Shown here: positions 18,270 to 28,745 of the stretch, in pieces
How positions within the stretch are numbered: position 1 is the stretch's first letter
How the letters are laid out: every line of letters begins with the position of its first letter
Assembly: GCA_964608445.1 (NCBI GenBank)
Contig: CAZSOK010000002.1
Coordinates: 20,041 to 56,625, forward strand
Source of the DNA: an uncultured Treponema sp.
GTDB taxonomy: Bacteria; Spirochaetota; Spirochaetia; Treponematales; Treponemataceae
Reading direction: 5' to 3'
DNA length: 36,585 nt
Notes under the pieces: generated by a model
Seen by the model: the letters and a program-made list of their open reading frames with translations, nothing else
Told to the model about the DNA's origin: nothing
Database searches by the model: none
Position numbers and translations under genes: made by a program

Positions 18270-18832
18270 AGCAGTACTACCTTGTGGCGCAGCTGCCGTC
18301 GTTCTCCGTGAGCGATGACAGAACGCCGCTGCCCATTACGGAAGAAAACTTTACCGAACTCTGCTCCCGTTTTCTGGCGAAGGATGAACAGAAAATCCTT
18401 GAGGAGCTTTCCTTGGAGCCGCCGCGAGACGAAACCAAGACAGGTTCTGTATTGGTAGACGCATGGTACGGTCAGGAGCGCAGTCTCCGTGTCGCGCTTG
18501 CCCAGATTCGCGCGTTGAACATGAAAAAGAAATTCGACGCAAACGGTCTTTCCTTGTCCCCCGATGCCGTGCAGGCTGCCCGGACGGCGGCCGGTATGGA
18601 CAGTCCGCTTGCCGCAGAGCAATTTCTGAATCAATACCGTGTGCGCGTCATTGAGAACCTCACGCCGCTGGACGGGTTTTCCACCGATGCCGTGTTTGCC
18701 TACGGAATCAAGCTCAAGCTGGCAGCGCGCATGAAAAAGTTCAGCGCAGAGACAGGTATGGCTTCCTACCATAAAATTTACGATAGAATCCTTGCTGCCG
18801 GAACGGCAGGGGCATCAGGAGATACGAAATGA
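18266..18832 (+). CDS. V/A-type ATPase subunit C-like protein (DUF2764)
   Basis: YYLVAQLPS N-terminus, FSTDAVFAYGIKL; located between subunits E and A. Confidence 0.82.
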   Translation: MKQYYLVAQLPSFSVSDDRTPLPITEENFTELCSRFLAKDEQKILEELSLEPPRDETKTGSVLVDAWYGQERSLRVALAQIRALNMKKKFDANGLSLSPDAVQAARTAAGMDSPLAAEQFLNQYRVRVIENLTPLDGFSTDAVFAYGIKLKLAARMKKFSAETGMASYHKIYDRILAAGTAGASGDTK

Positions 18833-20601
18833 CGGATACAAAAGGTAAGGTAGTCGCCGTCAATGGTAATATGGTTTCGGTCGAATTCAGCGGAACGATT
18901 ACTATGAACGAAGTCGGCTACGTCAAAGTTGAAGGCTCAAGCCTCAAAAGTGAAGTGATCCGCATTCGCGGAAATACGGCGCAGATGCAGGTCTACGAGA
19001 TGACGAAAGGCATCAAGGCTGGCGATTCGGTCGAGTTTACGGGTGACTTGCTTTCTGCGGAACTCGGACCGGGACTGCTCGGTCAGGTGTATGACGGTTT
19101 GCAGAACCCGCTTCCTTTGCTCGCGGAAAAGGCGGGGTACTTCCTTGAGCGCGGTATTTACGTTGACCCGCTGGACGCGCAGAAAAAATGGGATTTTACG
19201 CCGACGGCAAAAGAAGGCGATGTGGTGCGCCGAGGCGAATATGTGGGGACGGTGCCCGAAGGACCGTTCACACACAAGATTTTTATTCCGTTCGATATGT
19301 ATGGCACGTACACAGTCAAAAAAATCGCCGCTGCGGGCAGTTACACTATCCGCGATACGATTGCGACCGTCACCGACGAAAAAGGAAAGGATTACGATAT
19401 TGCGATGTCTTTCCGCTGGCCGGTAAAACGCGCGGTGGACTGTTATGCGGAACGCCTTGCGCCGACTGAGACGATGGGAACGAAAGTTCGTCTTATTGAC
19501 ACGTTCTTTCCCGTTGCGCGTGGCGGCACATACTGTATTCCCGGACCGTTCGGTGCGGGAAAGACGGTCTTGCAGCACACGACGTCAAAATACGCCGATG
19601 TTGATATCGTTATCATCGCGGCATGTGGCGAACGCGCGGGTGAGGTCGTGGAGACATTGACCGAATTCCCCGAACTTAAGGATCCCAAGACGGGTAAGTC
19701 CTTGATGGAACGCACGATTATCATCTGCAATACCTCGTCAATGCCGGTTGCTTCCCGTGAGGCATCCGTGTACACGGCGGTGACATTGGCGGAATACTAC
19801 CGTCAGATGGGGCTGAACGTCCTGATGCTGGCGGATTCTACGTCCCGCTGGGCGCAGGCCATGCGCGAGATGTCTGGTCGTTTGGAAGAGATTCCGGGCG
19901 AGGAGGCGTTCCCGGCATATCTGGAAAGTTACATTGCGGCGTTCTATGAGCGCGCTGGACAGGTGCGTCTGCCCGACGGCAGCAAGGGATCGGTCACGAT
20001 TGGCGGCACGGTCTCTCCTGCCGGCGGCAACTTTGAGGAGCCGGTTACGCAGGCGACTCTGAAAGTCGTCGGCGCTTTCCACGGTTTGAGCCGCGAGCGT
20101 TCCGACGCGCGCAAGTATCCCGCAATCGACCCGCTTATTTCGTGGTCGAAGTATCACGGCGTTATCGACGACGACCGCGTCGCGTACTGCCGGGGTATTC
20201 TGTTGCGTGGCGTGGAAGTCGGACAGATGATGAAGGTTGTCGGCGAGGAAGGCACGTCGCTGGAAGATTATATCGTGTACCTTAAAGAAGAAATGCTTGA
20301 CGCGGTGTATTTCCAGCAGAACTCTTTTGACGATACGGATGCGAACGCGACAGTCGAGCGGCAGCGATATGACTTGGCGAAAATCCTCAAAGTACTCGGG
20401 TCGGAATTCAGACTGTCGGACAAGGAAGAGGCGCGTACCTATTTTAACGCGTTGCGCCAGAAATTCCTGGACTGGAACTACACCGAATTTGAAAGTGACG
20501 CTTTCAGAAAAACGGAAGCCGAAATTGACGAGTTGTATGCGTCGAAATCCGGCACGTTGACGGCGGAAGCAGAAAACCTGCTCAAAAAGGACGGTGAATA
20601 A
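18829..20601 (+). CDS. V/A-type ATPase catalytic subunit A
   Basis: GPFGAGKT P-loop, [38 protein letters not shown]. Confidence 0.97.
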   Translation: MTDTKGKVVAVNGNMVSVEFSGTITMNEVGYVKVEGSSLKSEVIRIRGNTAQMQVYEMTKGIKAGDSVEFTGDLLSAELGPGLLGQVYDGLQNPLPLLAEKAGYFLERGIYVDPLDAQKKWDFTPTAKEGDVVRRGEYVGTVPEGPFTHKIFIPFDMYGTYTVKKIAAAGSYTIRDTIATVTDEKGKDYDIAMSFRWPVKRAVDCYAERLAPTETMGTKVRLIDTFFPVARGGTYCIPGPFGAGKTVLQHTTSKYADVDIVIIAACGERAGEVVETLTEFPELKDPKTGKSLMERTIIICNTSSMPVASREASVYTAVTLAEYYRQMGLNVLMLADSTSRWAQAMREMSGRLEEIPGEEAFPAYLESYIAAFYERAGQVRLPDGSKGSVTIGGTVSPAGGNFEEPVTQATLKVVGAFHGLSRERSDARKYPAIDPLISWSKYHGVIDDDRVAYCRGILLRGVEVGQMMKVVGEEGTSLEDYIVYLKEEMLDAVYFQQNSFDDTDANATVERQRYDLAKILKVLGSEFRLSDKEEARTYFNALRQKFLDWNYTEFESDAFRKTEAEIDELYASKSGTLTAEAENLLKKDGE

Positions 20602-20603
20602 CG

Positions 20604-21893
20604 ATGAACAAAGTTTATAGCAAGATTGAATCTATCGCGGGTTCCGTCATCACCGTTCGTGCTGATGGCGTAAAGTATAACGAGCTTGCGGAAATCACGA
20701 CGCGGTTCGGCAAGTCGCTTGCCGAAGTCAATAAAATTGACGGCGACTTGGTTTCTTTGCAGGTATTCGCGGGCGGTCGCGGTGTCTCGACGGGCGATCA
20801 GATCCGCTTTTTGGGACACGAAATGGAAGTGTCGTTTACCGATGATTTGCTCGGTCGCATTTTCAACGGTTCGGGTGACCCGCGCGACAACGGTCCGACG
20901 CTGGCAGAAAACCTCAAGCCGATTGGCGGTCCGTCAGTCAATCCGTCAAAGCGTATTTTGGCGGAGCGCATGATGAGGACGAACATTCCGATGATTGATA
21001 TGTTCAATACGCTGGTCGTTTCCCAGAAACTGCCGATTTTCTCTATTTCGGGCGAGCCATATAATCAGCTGCTTGCGCGTATTGCGATGCAGGCGGCGGC
21101 GGACGTTATCATCCTTGGTGGCATGGGGCTGAAGTACGACGATTTCCTCTTCTTCAAGAAGACGCTGGAAGAGGGCGGCTCATTGAGCAAGACGGTCATG
21201 TTCATTCATACGGCTGCGGATCCGACGGTCGAATGTATCAAGATTCCCGATATGTCGCTTGCGGTCGCGGAGCAGTTCGCGTTGCAGGGAAAGGACGTGC
21301 TGGTGCTTCTGACCGACATGACGAACTATGCAGACAGCATGAAAGAGATTGCGATTACGCAGGAGCAGGTGCCGTCAAACCGTGGCTATCCGGGCGATTT
21401 GTACTCACAGCTGGCGGCGCGGTATGAGAAAGCGGTTGACTTTGCTGATTCGGGGTCGGTGACGATTCTGGCGGTCACGACGATGCCGGGCGATGACGTG
21501 ACGCATCCTGTTCCCGACAACACGGGCTATATCACTGAAGGGCAGTATTATCTGAAAGGCGGGCGTATCGAACCGTTCGGCTCGTTGTCCCGCCTGAAGC
21601 AGAACGTGAACGGCAAGACTCGCAAGGATCACCGTGCGCTCATGGACGCGATGATTCGTCTGTATTCGTCATACAAGGACACCGTGGAGAAAAAATCCAT
21701 GGGCTTTATGATGTCGAAGTGGGACGAGAAACTGCTGAAATACGGCGAGCAGTTCGAGAAGAAAATGATGGATTTGTCCGTCAATATTTCTTTGGAAGAG
21801 GCGTTGGATTTGGGCTGGAAGATTTTGGCAGATTGTTTTGACCGCTCGGAGACGGGCATCAAGACGGAGCTGCTGGACGAGTTCTGGAAATAA
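20604..21893 (+). CDS. V/A-type ATPase subunit B
   Basis: [38 protein letters not shown]. Confidence 0.97.
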   Translation: MNKVYSKIESIAGSVITVRADGVKYNELAEITTRFGKSLAEVNKIDGDLVSLQVFAGGRGVSTGDQIRFLGHEMEVSFTDDLLGRIFNGSGDPRDNGPTLAENLKPIGGPSVNPSKRILAERMMRTNIPMIDMFNTLVVSQKLPIFSISGEPYNQLLARIAMQAAADVIILGGMGLKYDDFLFFKKTLEEGGSLSKTVMFIHTAADPTVECIKIPDMSLAVAEQFALQGKDVLVLLTDMTNYADSMKEIAITQEQVPSNRGYPGDLYSQLAARYEKAVDFADSGSVTILAVTTMPGDDVTHPVPDNTGYITEGQYYLKGGRIEPFGSLSRLKQNVNGKTRKDHRALMDAMIRLYSSYKDTVEKKSMGFMMSKWDEKLLKYGEQFEKKMMDLSVNISLEEALDLGWKILADCFDRSETGIKTELLDEFWK

Positions 21894-21905
21894 TCGGGGC
21901 ACGGC

Positions 21906-22550
21906 ATGGCGAAGATTAAGCTGACAAAAAACGAGCAGAAAGCGCAGAAAGACTCGCTGAAAATGTACCAGCGTTATCTTCCGACGCTCACGCTCAAAAA
22001 ACAGCAGCTTCAGACCGAAATTCGGACGATTGATGCGAAGGCGAAGGCAGTCCGCGAGCAGCGTGTGCAGCTTGAGAAAGAATTCAAGGTGTGGATTAGC
22101 GTGTTCGGGGAGGAAAATGCCTTTACGCCTGACATGGTGACGGTTCGCGACATCAAGAAAGGAATCGGCAACATTGCCGGCGTGAGCATTCCTGTGTACG
22201 AAGGCGCGGAGTTCAGCCGCGGAGATTACGACTTGTATGCGACTCCGCTGTGGATTGACTTGGCTGCCGATCGCATGGAAAAAGCGCTTTCGTTGGACTT
22301 GGAGGCGAGCGTGCTTGACGAGCAGGTGCGCCTGCTTTCCCGTGAGTTGCGGACGACGACACAGCGTGTCAACTTGTTTGAGAAAGTAAAAATCCCTGAA
22401 GCAAAGCAGAATATCAAGAAAATATCGGTGTACTTGGGCGATCAGCAGGTAAGTGCGGTCGTGCGCTCAAAAATCTCCAAGAAGAAGATTGACGCGCGCA
22501 ACGCTGCCGCCGAGAGCGTCCCTGGTGCAGATGAGGGGGCTGGCGCATGA
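21906..22550 (+). CDS. V/A-type ATPase subunit D
   Basis: LPTLTLKKQQL, TTQRVNLFEKVKIP motifs. Confidence 0.95.
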   Translation: MAKIKLTKNEQKAQKDSLKMYQRYLPTLTLKKQQLQTEIRTIDAKAKAVREQRVQLEKEFKVWISVFGEENAFTPDMVTVRDIKKGIGNIAGVSIPVYEGAEFSRGDYDLYATPLWIDLAADRMEKALSLDLEASVLDEQVRLLSRELRTTTQRVNLFEKVKIPEAKQNIKKISVYLGDQQVSAVVRSKISKKKIDARNAAAESVPGADEGAGA

Positions 22551-24475
22551 TAGTTCCCATGAAAAAAATCGCGCTTGTCGTCCTAGAGAAAGAGCGGAAA
22601 GAGGCGTTGCGGCGGCTGAGGAAACTCGGCGTGGTGCAACTGGAGGAGGTACAGGGGGCAAGTGACGAACTCCAAGCCTACCGCGACCAGGGCAACAAGT
22701 TGGCAAAGGCGATTTCGCTGTTGTCGGATATCAAAGTTCCCAAAAAAGTCTTGAAACAGCAGAAAAGGCTGGATAAAGATGCCGCGTTGGAACTTGCCGC
22801 GACGCTTGTGCATCAGACGGAGCAAAAGAAAAACTGCTACGACCGCATTACGGCGAACCGCAATGAGCTGGAGCGGCTTTCAGGATGGGGCAGTGTTGTT
22901 CCCGAAGAAATTGTCGCGCTCGCGGGGAAAGGCGTGTACGTGTCGCTCTATGAGATTCCGCTTGGCAAGTATCATGCGATTGGTGCGGACGCACGGACAT
23001 TGCTCGTCAACCGCGACAAGGCAAAGGCTCGTTTCCTGCTTATTGCGGACGGCGTTGATGCTGACCGTCCCGCAGGTATGCCGCCTGAGGCGTATCAGGT
23101 GGTGTTGCCGCAAAAATCGACGGCGGAGCTGGCGCAGGAGATTGCAGACTGCCAGAAGCAGATTGCCGCGATTGATGCGCAGACCGCCGACAGTGTGCAG
23201 TATCTGGATTCGCTCAAGAGTTATGTGCCTTTGCTTGCGAAGGATATTGAACTTGAAAATATTTACAGCGGCATGGGCTGCGAAAGCAAGGCGGCGGGGG
23301 AAGATGGGGCGGTTTATCGGCAGACATCCGTTCCGCTTGCCTGGGTGACGGGCTTTGTGCCAGTGGACGATTTGGCGACGTTACAGGCGGCCGCTAAGGA
23401 AGCGAACTGGGGCTTGGCGGTCGGAGAGCCTTCGGAAGACGAGTTCGTGCCGACAAAACTCAAGAACAACAGGCTCGTGAGCGTGATTTATCCGCTGACG
23501 GACTTCCTGGACGTAACGCCAGGCTACCGTGAGTTCGATATTTCGGGCTGGTTCCTGCTGTTCTTCTGCATTTTCTTTGCGATGATTTTTGGCGATGCCT
23601 GCTACGGCGCGCTGATTACGGTCGCGGGATTGGTCGCTTTGGCGAAGGGCAAGAAAGGCGGTCGCTCGTTGGGCGTGCTGGTGACATTGCTGGGCTTGTG
23701 TACGATGGGCTGGGGGGGTGTCACCTGCTCATGGTTCGGCATTGATCCGGATAAACTGCCTCGGCAGCTGGTGGACATTTCGTTCGCGCCGTTCTCTGCG
23801 GCAAAGAGCGGGTCTGACGTGGCGAATACGAACCAAAAAATCTTCTGTTTCGCGCTCGCGCTCATCCAGCTGAGCATCGCGCATTTCAAGTGCATGGTGG
23901 CAGACCGCCGAAGCCTGAAATTCTTTGGCGATATGGGCTCGCTCTTCATGATTTGGGGTATGTTCTATGTCGTTATGAATATGGTGGTGGACAGCAGTCG
24001 TTTCCCGCTGGGAATTACGGAGAATACGCTATATGTCTTCGGAAATGACGATTTTCCGTTGCCGTTCATCTGTTTGGGGGTGCTGGGACTGGGCTTTGTC
24101 CTCAACTTTGTCTTTGCGAATTACGAGGGAAGTTTGGGCAAATCGATTTTGGAGAGCGTGAAGAACATTATTTCCGTGTTGCTGGGCGTGGTGAACCAGT
24201 TCAGCGATATTGTTTCCTATATCCGCCTGTGGGCGGTCGCGCTGGCGGGTGCGGCAATCAGCAGTACCGTCAACACGATGGCAGGACCGATGTTCGGGAA
24301 AATGGCGTTCTTTGTGTTCGGGGTGATTCTGCTGGTATTCGGGCACGGACTGAACATGATACTGAACTTGCTTTCGGTCGTCGTTCATGGTGTGCGCCTG
24401 AATACGCTGGAATTCAGCCAGCATTTGGGCATGACGTGGAGCGGCTCGAAATTCAAGCCGTTTTCGGATAAGTAA
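22547..24475 (+). CDS. V/A-type ATPase subunit I (a)
   Basis: MIVPMKK, PTKLKN, FFAMIFGDA, SDIVSYIRLWA, HGVRLNTLEF motifs. Confidence 0.95.
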   Translation: MIVPMKKIALVVLEKERKEALRRLRKLGVVQLEEVQGASDELQAYRDQGNKLAKAISLLSDIKVPKKVLKQQKRLDKDAALELAATLVHQTEQKKNCYDRITANRNELERLSGWGSVVPEEIVALAGKGVYVSLYEIPLGKYHAIGADARTLLVNRDKAKARFLLIADGVDADRPAGMPPEAYQVVLPQKSTAELAQEIADCQKQIAAIDAQTADSVQYLDSLKSYVPLLAKDIELENIYSGMGCESKAAGEDGAVYRQTSVPLAWVTGFVPVDDLATLQAAAKEANWGLAVGEPSEDEFVPTKLKNNRLVSVIYPLTDFLDVTPGYREFDISGWFLLFFCIFFAMIFGDACYGALITVAGLVALAKGKKGGRSLGVLVTLLGLCTMGWGGVTCSWFGIDPDKLPRQLVDISFAPFSAAKSGSDVANTNQKIFCFALALIQLSIAHFKCMVADRRSLKFFGDMGSLFMIWGMFYVVMNMVVDSSRFPLGITENTLYVFGNDDFPLPFICLGVLGLGFVLNFVFANYEGSLGKSILESVKNIISVLLGVVNQFSDIVSYIRLWAVALAGAAISSTVNTMAGPMFGKMAFFVFGVILLVFGHGLNMILNLLSVVVHGVRLNTLEFSQHLGMTWSGSKFKPFSDK

Positions 24476-24507
24476 TGACGGGGAAGGTTGCTTCTCCTGA
24501 AAATATT

Positions 24508-24517
24508 TTGTATACAA
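24508..24517. promoter_or_regulatory. Perfect palindrome TTGTATACAA before the K-subunit gene
   Basis: Read directly in the I-K intergenic region; followed by a small hairpin acggt-tatgg-accgt and SD AAGGAG. Confidence 0.45.
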
Positions 24518-24548
24518 TTGACGGTTATGGACCGTTGAAGGAGTTTTT

Positions 24549-24983
24549 ATGAACTGGGGTATTTTGGGCGCAGGCTTGGTTATGGGTATTGCCGCTATGG
24601 GCAGTGCAATCGGTATCGGCATTGCAGGTCAGGCTGCGATTGGCGCGTGGAAACGCTGCTATCAGGCGAACAAAGCGGCGCCGTTCCTGTTGGTCGTCTT
24701 TGCGGGCGCACCGCTGACGCAGACAATCTACGGCTTCCTGCTGATGAACACGCTCAAGGCTGCTTCTGCGGGTGCTGACGTTGCGACGCAGCTTTTCTAT
24801 CTGGGCTTGGGCATTGCATGTGGTTTGGCGATGTGTATGTCTGCTGTTTCGCAGGGCAAGGCGGGTGCCGCAGGTTCTGACGCATTGGCAGAGACGGGCA
24901 AGGGCTTTACCAACTACATCATGGTCGTCGGTCTGTGCGAGACTATCGCGCTGTTCGCCATGGTATTCGGCATGATTGCGTAA
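24549..24983 (+). CDS. V/A-type ATPase proteolipid subunit K (4 TM) with Na+-binding signature
   Basis: GAPLTQTIYG, SAVSQG, LCETIALF motifs. Confidence 0.95.
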   Translation: MNWGILGAGLVMGIAAMGSAIGIGIAGQAAIGAWKRCYQANKAAPFLLVVFAGAPLTQTIYGFLLMNTLKAASAGADVATQLFYLGLGIACGLAMCMSAVSQGKAGAAGSDALAETGKGFTNYIMVVGLCETIALFAMVFGMIA

Positions 24984-24997
24984 GTCGGAACGACACT

Positions 24998-26092
24998 ATG
25001 TACAGAACTCCTAGAGTCGTCATGATTGGCGGTCAGGGGGAAACGAAACGCATCGCAATCGGGGGTGACAGCCCGGTTACGGTGCAGACCATGTGGAAAG
25101 AGGGCATTATTGGCGTTAAGGACGACAGTAGTGCCCTTTCCCGTATCATCGACCGCATGGGCAAAATGCAATCCCTTGGCTGTGATGTCATCCGCTTTGC
25201 CGTACCCGACATGGAGAGCGCTGAAAGTTTAAAGGAAATCTGTAAATGGTCTCCCGTGCCGCTTGTTGCGGACATTCATTTTGACTATCGGCTTGCGCTC
25301 ACGTCGCTGGAAGGTCCGATTGCCGCTATCAGAATCAACCCGGGGAATATCGGGAAGCGCGAAAACGTGGAAGCCGTGGTGAACGCCTGCAAGGACAAAG
25401 GGGTCGCCATACGGATTGGTGTGAATTCGGGAAGCCTGCCGAAAGATCTGGCGGAGCAGGTCGCGGAACACAAGATGAGCCGTGCGCTTGCGCTGTGCGA
25501 GGCCGCCGCGCGTGAGGTCGCCGTGTTCGATGAGCTGCATTTCGATCAGGTGGTGGTGAGCATGAAGGCTTCAAGCGTACAGGAAACGATTGAAGCGAAC
25601 GAAGCCTTTGCGGGCAAGTACGATATTCCGCTGCATTTGGGCGTGACCGAGGCAGGACCGCTGGTTATCGGCGTGGTGAAAAGCACGATGGCGCTGACGC
25701 ACCTGCTCAAGCAGGGAATCGGATCGACTATCCGCGTGAGCCTTTCTTCCACGCCCGAAAATGAAATCTGCACGGGGGTGACCATTCTCAAAGAATGCGG
25801 GCTGCGCACGGGCGGTGTGCAGATTGTCTCTTGCCCGCGCTGCGGCAGGATCGGCTTTGACGTGCACGGGTTTGTAGATCGTTGGCAGCAGGAACTGCTG
25901 TCCATGAAAAAGGATATTACCGTTGCGGTCATGGGCTGCGTGGTGAATGGGCCGGGAGAGGGAAAACACGCCGACATTGGAATCGCGGGGGGAAACGGGC
26001 GTGCGATTATCTTTAAAAAGGGAAAAATAGTACGCACGGTGGACGAGAAGGATGCCGATACTGTATTCAGAGAGGAATTGGACTCGTTATGA
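24998..26092 (+). CDS. ispG: (E)-4-hydroxy-3-methylbut-2-enyl diphosphate synthase
   Basis: PLVADIHFDY, RINPGNIG, RIGVNSGSL, LHLGVTEAG, SCPRCGR, MGCVVNGPGE; start at ATG 24998 inferred. Confidence 0.96.
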   Translation: MYRTPRVVMIGGQGETKRIAIGGDSPVTVQTMWKEGIIGVKDDSSALSRIIDRMGKMQSLGCDVIRFAVPDMESAESLKEICKWSPVPLVADIHFDYRLALTSLEGPIAAIRINPGNIGKRENVEAVVNACKDKGVAIRIGVNSGSLPKDLAEQVAEHKMSRALALCEAAAREVAVFDELHFDQVVVSMKASSVQETIEANEAFAGKYDIPLHLGVTEAGPLVIGVVKSTMALTHLLKQGIGSTIRVSLSSTPENEICTGVTILKECGLRTGGVQIVSCPRCGRIGFDVHGFVDRWQQELLSMKKDITVAVMGCVVNGPGEGKHADIGIAGGNGRAIIFKKGKIVRTVDEKDADTVFREELDSL

Positions 26093-27186
26093 AAAAAACG
26101 GCGGCGGTTATCTATTTTGCTTTGTCCGTGGCGGTGTCGTTTGCGCGCGCGCCCAAAAAGCCTCATGACGCGTTTGCCTATCGGGTATTCGAGGAGGCAG
26201 TCGTCGCCTTTGACGCGGGACTTTACGGGGACGCGTTGCAGCTGGCAAACAAGGCGAAGCATCTCCGCAATGCGGAAGCCGAGTATGAGACCTACGTTTT
26301 GGAAAACGCGCTGTCACCGCGTGCCGTCAAGCGGGTGGGATCGGACTTCCGGGACGTGCTTGCGGTGCTTGGCGAGCGCGACGAATACGAGGCGATTGCC
26401 ATTATCAACCGGTATCTCAAGCGGTTCGGGTACGACTATTTTTCCAATTCCGTGAATCAGATGGTTTCATGGATACAGAAAAAGGCCGTCTACCCGGAAG
26501 CGGATTTTTTGATCGGCAGGATTTATCAGCTGGAGGGCGAGTTTGACATCGCGCTTGATTTTTATGAGCGCGCGCGCAAGGAATCGGCGTATCTTGACAT
26601 TCCCGAAGAGTTGTTCGACATTCTGTATGCGATGGCGGATCTTGCCAAGCAGCAGGAGAAGGACGAGGTGTACGAGCAGACATTGCTCCTGATTTTGGAC
26701 AACGATCCGCATTTCAAGGATGATGTGCTGCTGACGGCATTGGTACGCACCATCGATTACAATACCGAAAAGCACGTGGAGCGGTTTTTCATGCTGTTCC
26801 GCTGTGAGCCGCACCATTCGTTGCAGGCTCTGTATGAGCTGGGGAACATTTACGAGCAGAACGGCGAGGCGGAACAGGCACTCAAGTGCGCCGCGATCGG
26901 CACGATAGAGGCGTTTACGCATATTCTAGGCTCGCTTGACGAGCGTGATGCCAGTTTTTCCTATACCGATTACGGCTCGTTCCTGCGGCAGACGGCGCGG
27001 TACGCGGACATCGTGGAGTGGGGAAGCCGCCTGCACGTGTGGGACTTGATGTTTCAGTTTGCCGCCCGCGTTGCCGCGCGGGGAGATACGGTTTTTGCGC
27101 GGACATTGTACGCAATCATGGCAGAGTCCATGCCCGACGCGTACTGGCGCGAAGAGGCGGCGAACCGACTTCGTTCCTATCAGTAG
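26089..27186 (+). CDS. Secreted/periplasmic TPR-like helical repeat protein
   Basis: MKKT signal peptide; ADFLIGRIYQLEGEFDIALDFYERA and ALYELGNIYEQNGEAEQAL are TPR-like. Confidence 0.8.
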   Translation: MKKTAAVIYFALSVAVSFARAPKKPHDAFAYRVFEEAVVAFDAGLYGDALQLANKAKHLRNAEAEYETYVLENALSPRAVKRVGSDFRDVLAVLGERDEYEAIAIINRYLKRFGYDYFSNSVNQMVSWIQKKAVYPEADFLIGRIYQLEGEFDIALDFYERARKESAYLDIPEELFDILYAMADLAKQQEKDEVYEQTLLLILDNDPHFKDDVLLTALVRTIDYNTEKHVERFFMLFRCEPHHSLQALYELGNIYEQNGEAEQALKCAAIGTIEAFTHILGSLDERDASFSYTDYGSFLRQTARYADIVEWGSRLHVWDLMFQFAARVAARGDTVFARTLYAIMAESMPDAYWREEAANRLRSYQ

Positions 27187-28745
27187 TGAAGCCCGATGCC
27201 GACGGAGATTTCGTAGGCAGAGCCGTGCCGCCAGCTGGTATCGATCAGTTTGGGCACGACTTTGTGGATGATTTTTCTCCCCACGTCAACACCGACGCTC
27301 GCGCGGATTTCAAGGCTCCGCCATTTTTCCGGGAACACAAGCACTTCAAGACCGCCCGTATAAAATCCGTCCTGTATGCTGAACATCCGCCCGGTCGCGG
27401 CATTCTTGGTGAGCGCAATGTCGATGAACGGCGAGAGCTGCAGCTCAAAGTCGAGGTAGCGCATGAACCTGAGCGCGCGCGTTATGCCTGCATCCTTGCC
27501 GAACAGCGCGGCGAACCAGTCGTTCCAGTGCGTCGTCACGATATGGATCGGAACGTCGATGTTCGCCACGAACGCCACGGGAACTTCCGCCGCTTTTTTC
27601 GCGCTGATTTTTGTGTCGTCGCTGTCGTACTTCACGTTGTCCCGGATGCCGCGCAGGAGCGTGCCGATTTCTTCGTTGCCGTTGTGTATGGCGAAACCGT
27701 ACAGCCGCCCGGTCACGCCGACGTAGGAAAACGCCTTGTAGCCCATGAGTGTCGCCCACACTTTGGGAACGAATTCTTTGCGCTGGAAGTTATAGCCGAT
27801 TGACTGCCCCAGCTCCACGGAAAGCCCGTCCCTGAAATTGCCGATCCAGTCCACGCGGGACGTGGAGACGTTGTGCGCGACGGTAATCAGCGGGCTGCTC
27901 AAGTCGTCGTTTTCTTTGTTGATGCCGTTTTTGTCCCAGTTCCACTCATACGAGACTGAGGGCGTCCAGCTCACCTTGCCCCAGCCGTCGATTTTGGCGA
28001 GCGTGACCGGCAGCGAAAGTGCCGCGGCTTCCGTAAAATACAGCTCGTCGTCGTATTTTGCGTAGTCAACGTCGCGGGTGGCTGACTGCGTGAGCGACAG
28101 GCAGACAGAGAACTGGTCGAACGGCAGCTCGAAAGACAGCCCCGTGGAGACATCGAATTCGGGCTTCGTCTTGCCGAACGTGTAATTGATGCCGAAATTG
28201 TTGTTCCATGACGACTTGAACGGTCCGAGTTTGAACGGATAGTCATAGGAAAAATTAAGCCCGGCGACATAATGGTGCTTTTCGGAATCGTCTTCGTCAT
28301 TCTCTATGGCGAAATTCACGTCAAAGTTCATGACGCTCATCGTGCCCAGGAAATTCATGTCCTTCATCTTGAGCTTGAGGTCGAATCCGTCGTTGGAGTT
28401 GTACTTCGGGTACGGCAGGGCGATAAAGCTGTGCGAGTCCTTGGTAACGACGCGCAGGGAGACGGGGGTCGTGCCATCCGCGTCCGTGTCACCGTATACG
28501 GCATCGACCGTGGCGGACTCAAATTCCCGCTGGTTGCTGAACTGCTGCTGCAAGTCCTGCACATACACGTCCAGCTCACCGGCGGAATTGAACACGCGCG
28601 TCGTGTCTATATCGACGGCGTTCTGAATGGCATATTCCCTTGTCTTTCCCGTGATGTCATACGCGACGTCGGTTATGCGGTATGTCTCTGCCTGCGCCGC
28701 CGCAGACAGGCAGGCAAGGAACGCGAGGGGGACTGCCGGTCTCAT
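27180..28745 (-). CDS. Outer-membrane beta-barrel protein, Omp85-like with one N-terminal POTRA-like domain
   Basis: Signal peptide MRPAVPLAFLACLSAAAQA; POTRA-like segment (ITDVAYDITGKTREY...FESATV); amphipathic beta strands; C-terminal beta-signal YEISVGIGLHY; ATG overlaps the wbaP stop (TGATG). Confidence 0.75.
   Translation of the reverse strand: MRPAVPLAFLACLSAAAQAETYRITDVAYDITGKTREYAIQNAVDIDTTRVFNSAGELDVYVQDLQQQFSNQREFESATVDAVYGDTDADGTTPVSLRVVTKDSHSFIALPYPKYNSNDGFDLKLKMKDMNFLGTMSVMNFDVNFAIENDEDDSEKHHYVAGLNFSYDYPFKLGPFKSSWNNNFGINYTFGKTKPEFDVSTGLSFELPFDQFSVCLSLTQSATRDVDYAKYDDELYFTEAAALSLPVTLAKIDGWGKVSWTPSVSYEWNWDKNGINKENDDLSSPLITVAHNVSTSRVDWIGNFRDGLSVELGQSIGYNFQRKEFVPKVWATLMGYKAFSYVGVTGRLYGFAIHNGNEEIGTLLRGIRDNVKYDSDDTKISAKKAAEVPVAFVANIDVPIHIVTTHWNDWFAALFGKDAGITRALRFMRYLDFELQLSPFIDIALTKNAATGRMFSIQDGFYTGGLEVLVFPEKWRSLEIRASVGVDVGRKIIHKVVPKLIDTSWRHGSAYEISVGIGLHY

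Noticed and set aside
24998-26092. Functional link between ispG and Und-P supply for the glycan cluster
   Set aside because: Opposite strand and a general housekeeping role; nothing in the sequence supports co-regulation
27018-27803. 261-aa plus-strand ORF across the convergence point
   Set aside because: Overlaps the TPR gene out of frame and the barrel gene antisense; no supporting features
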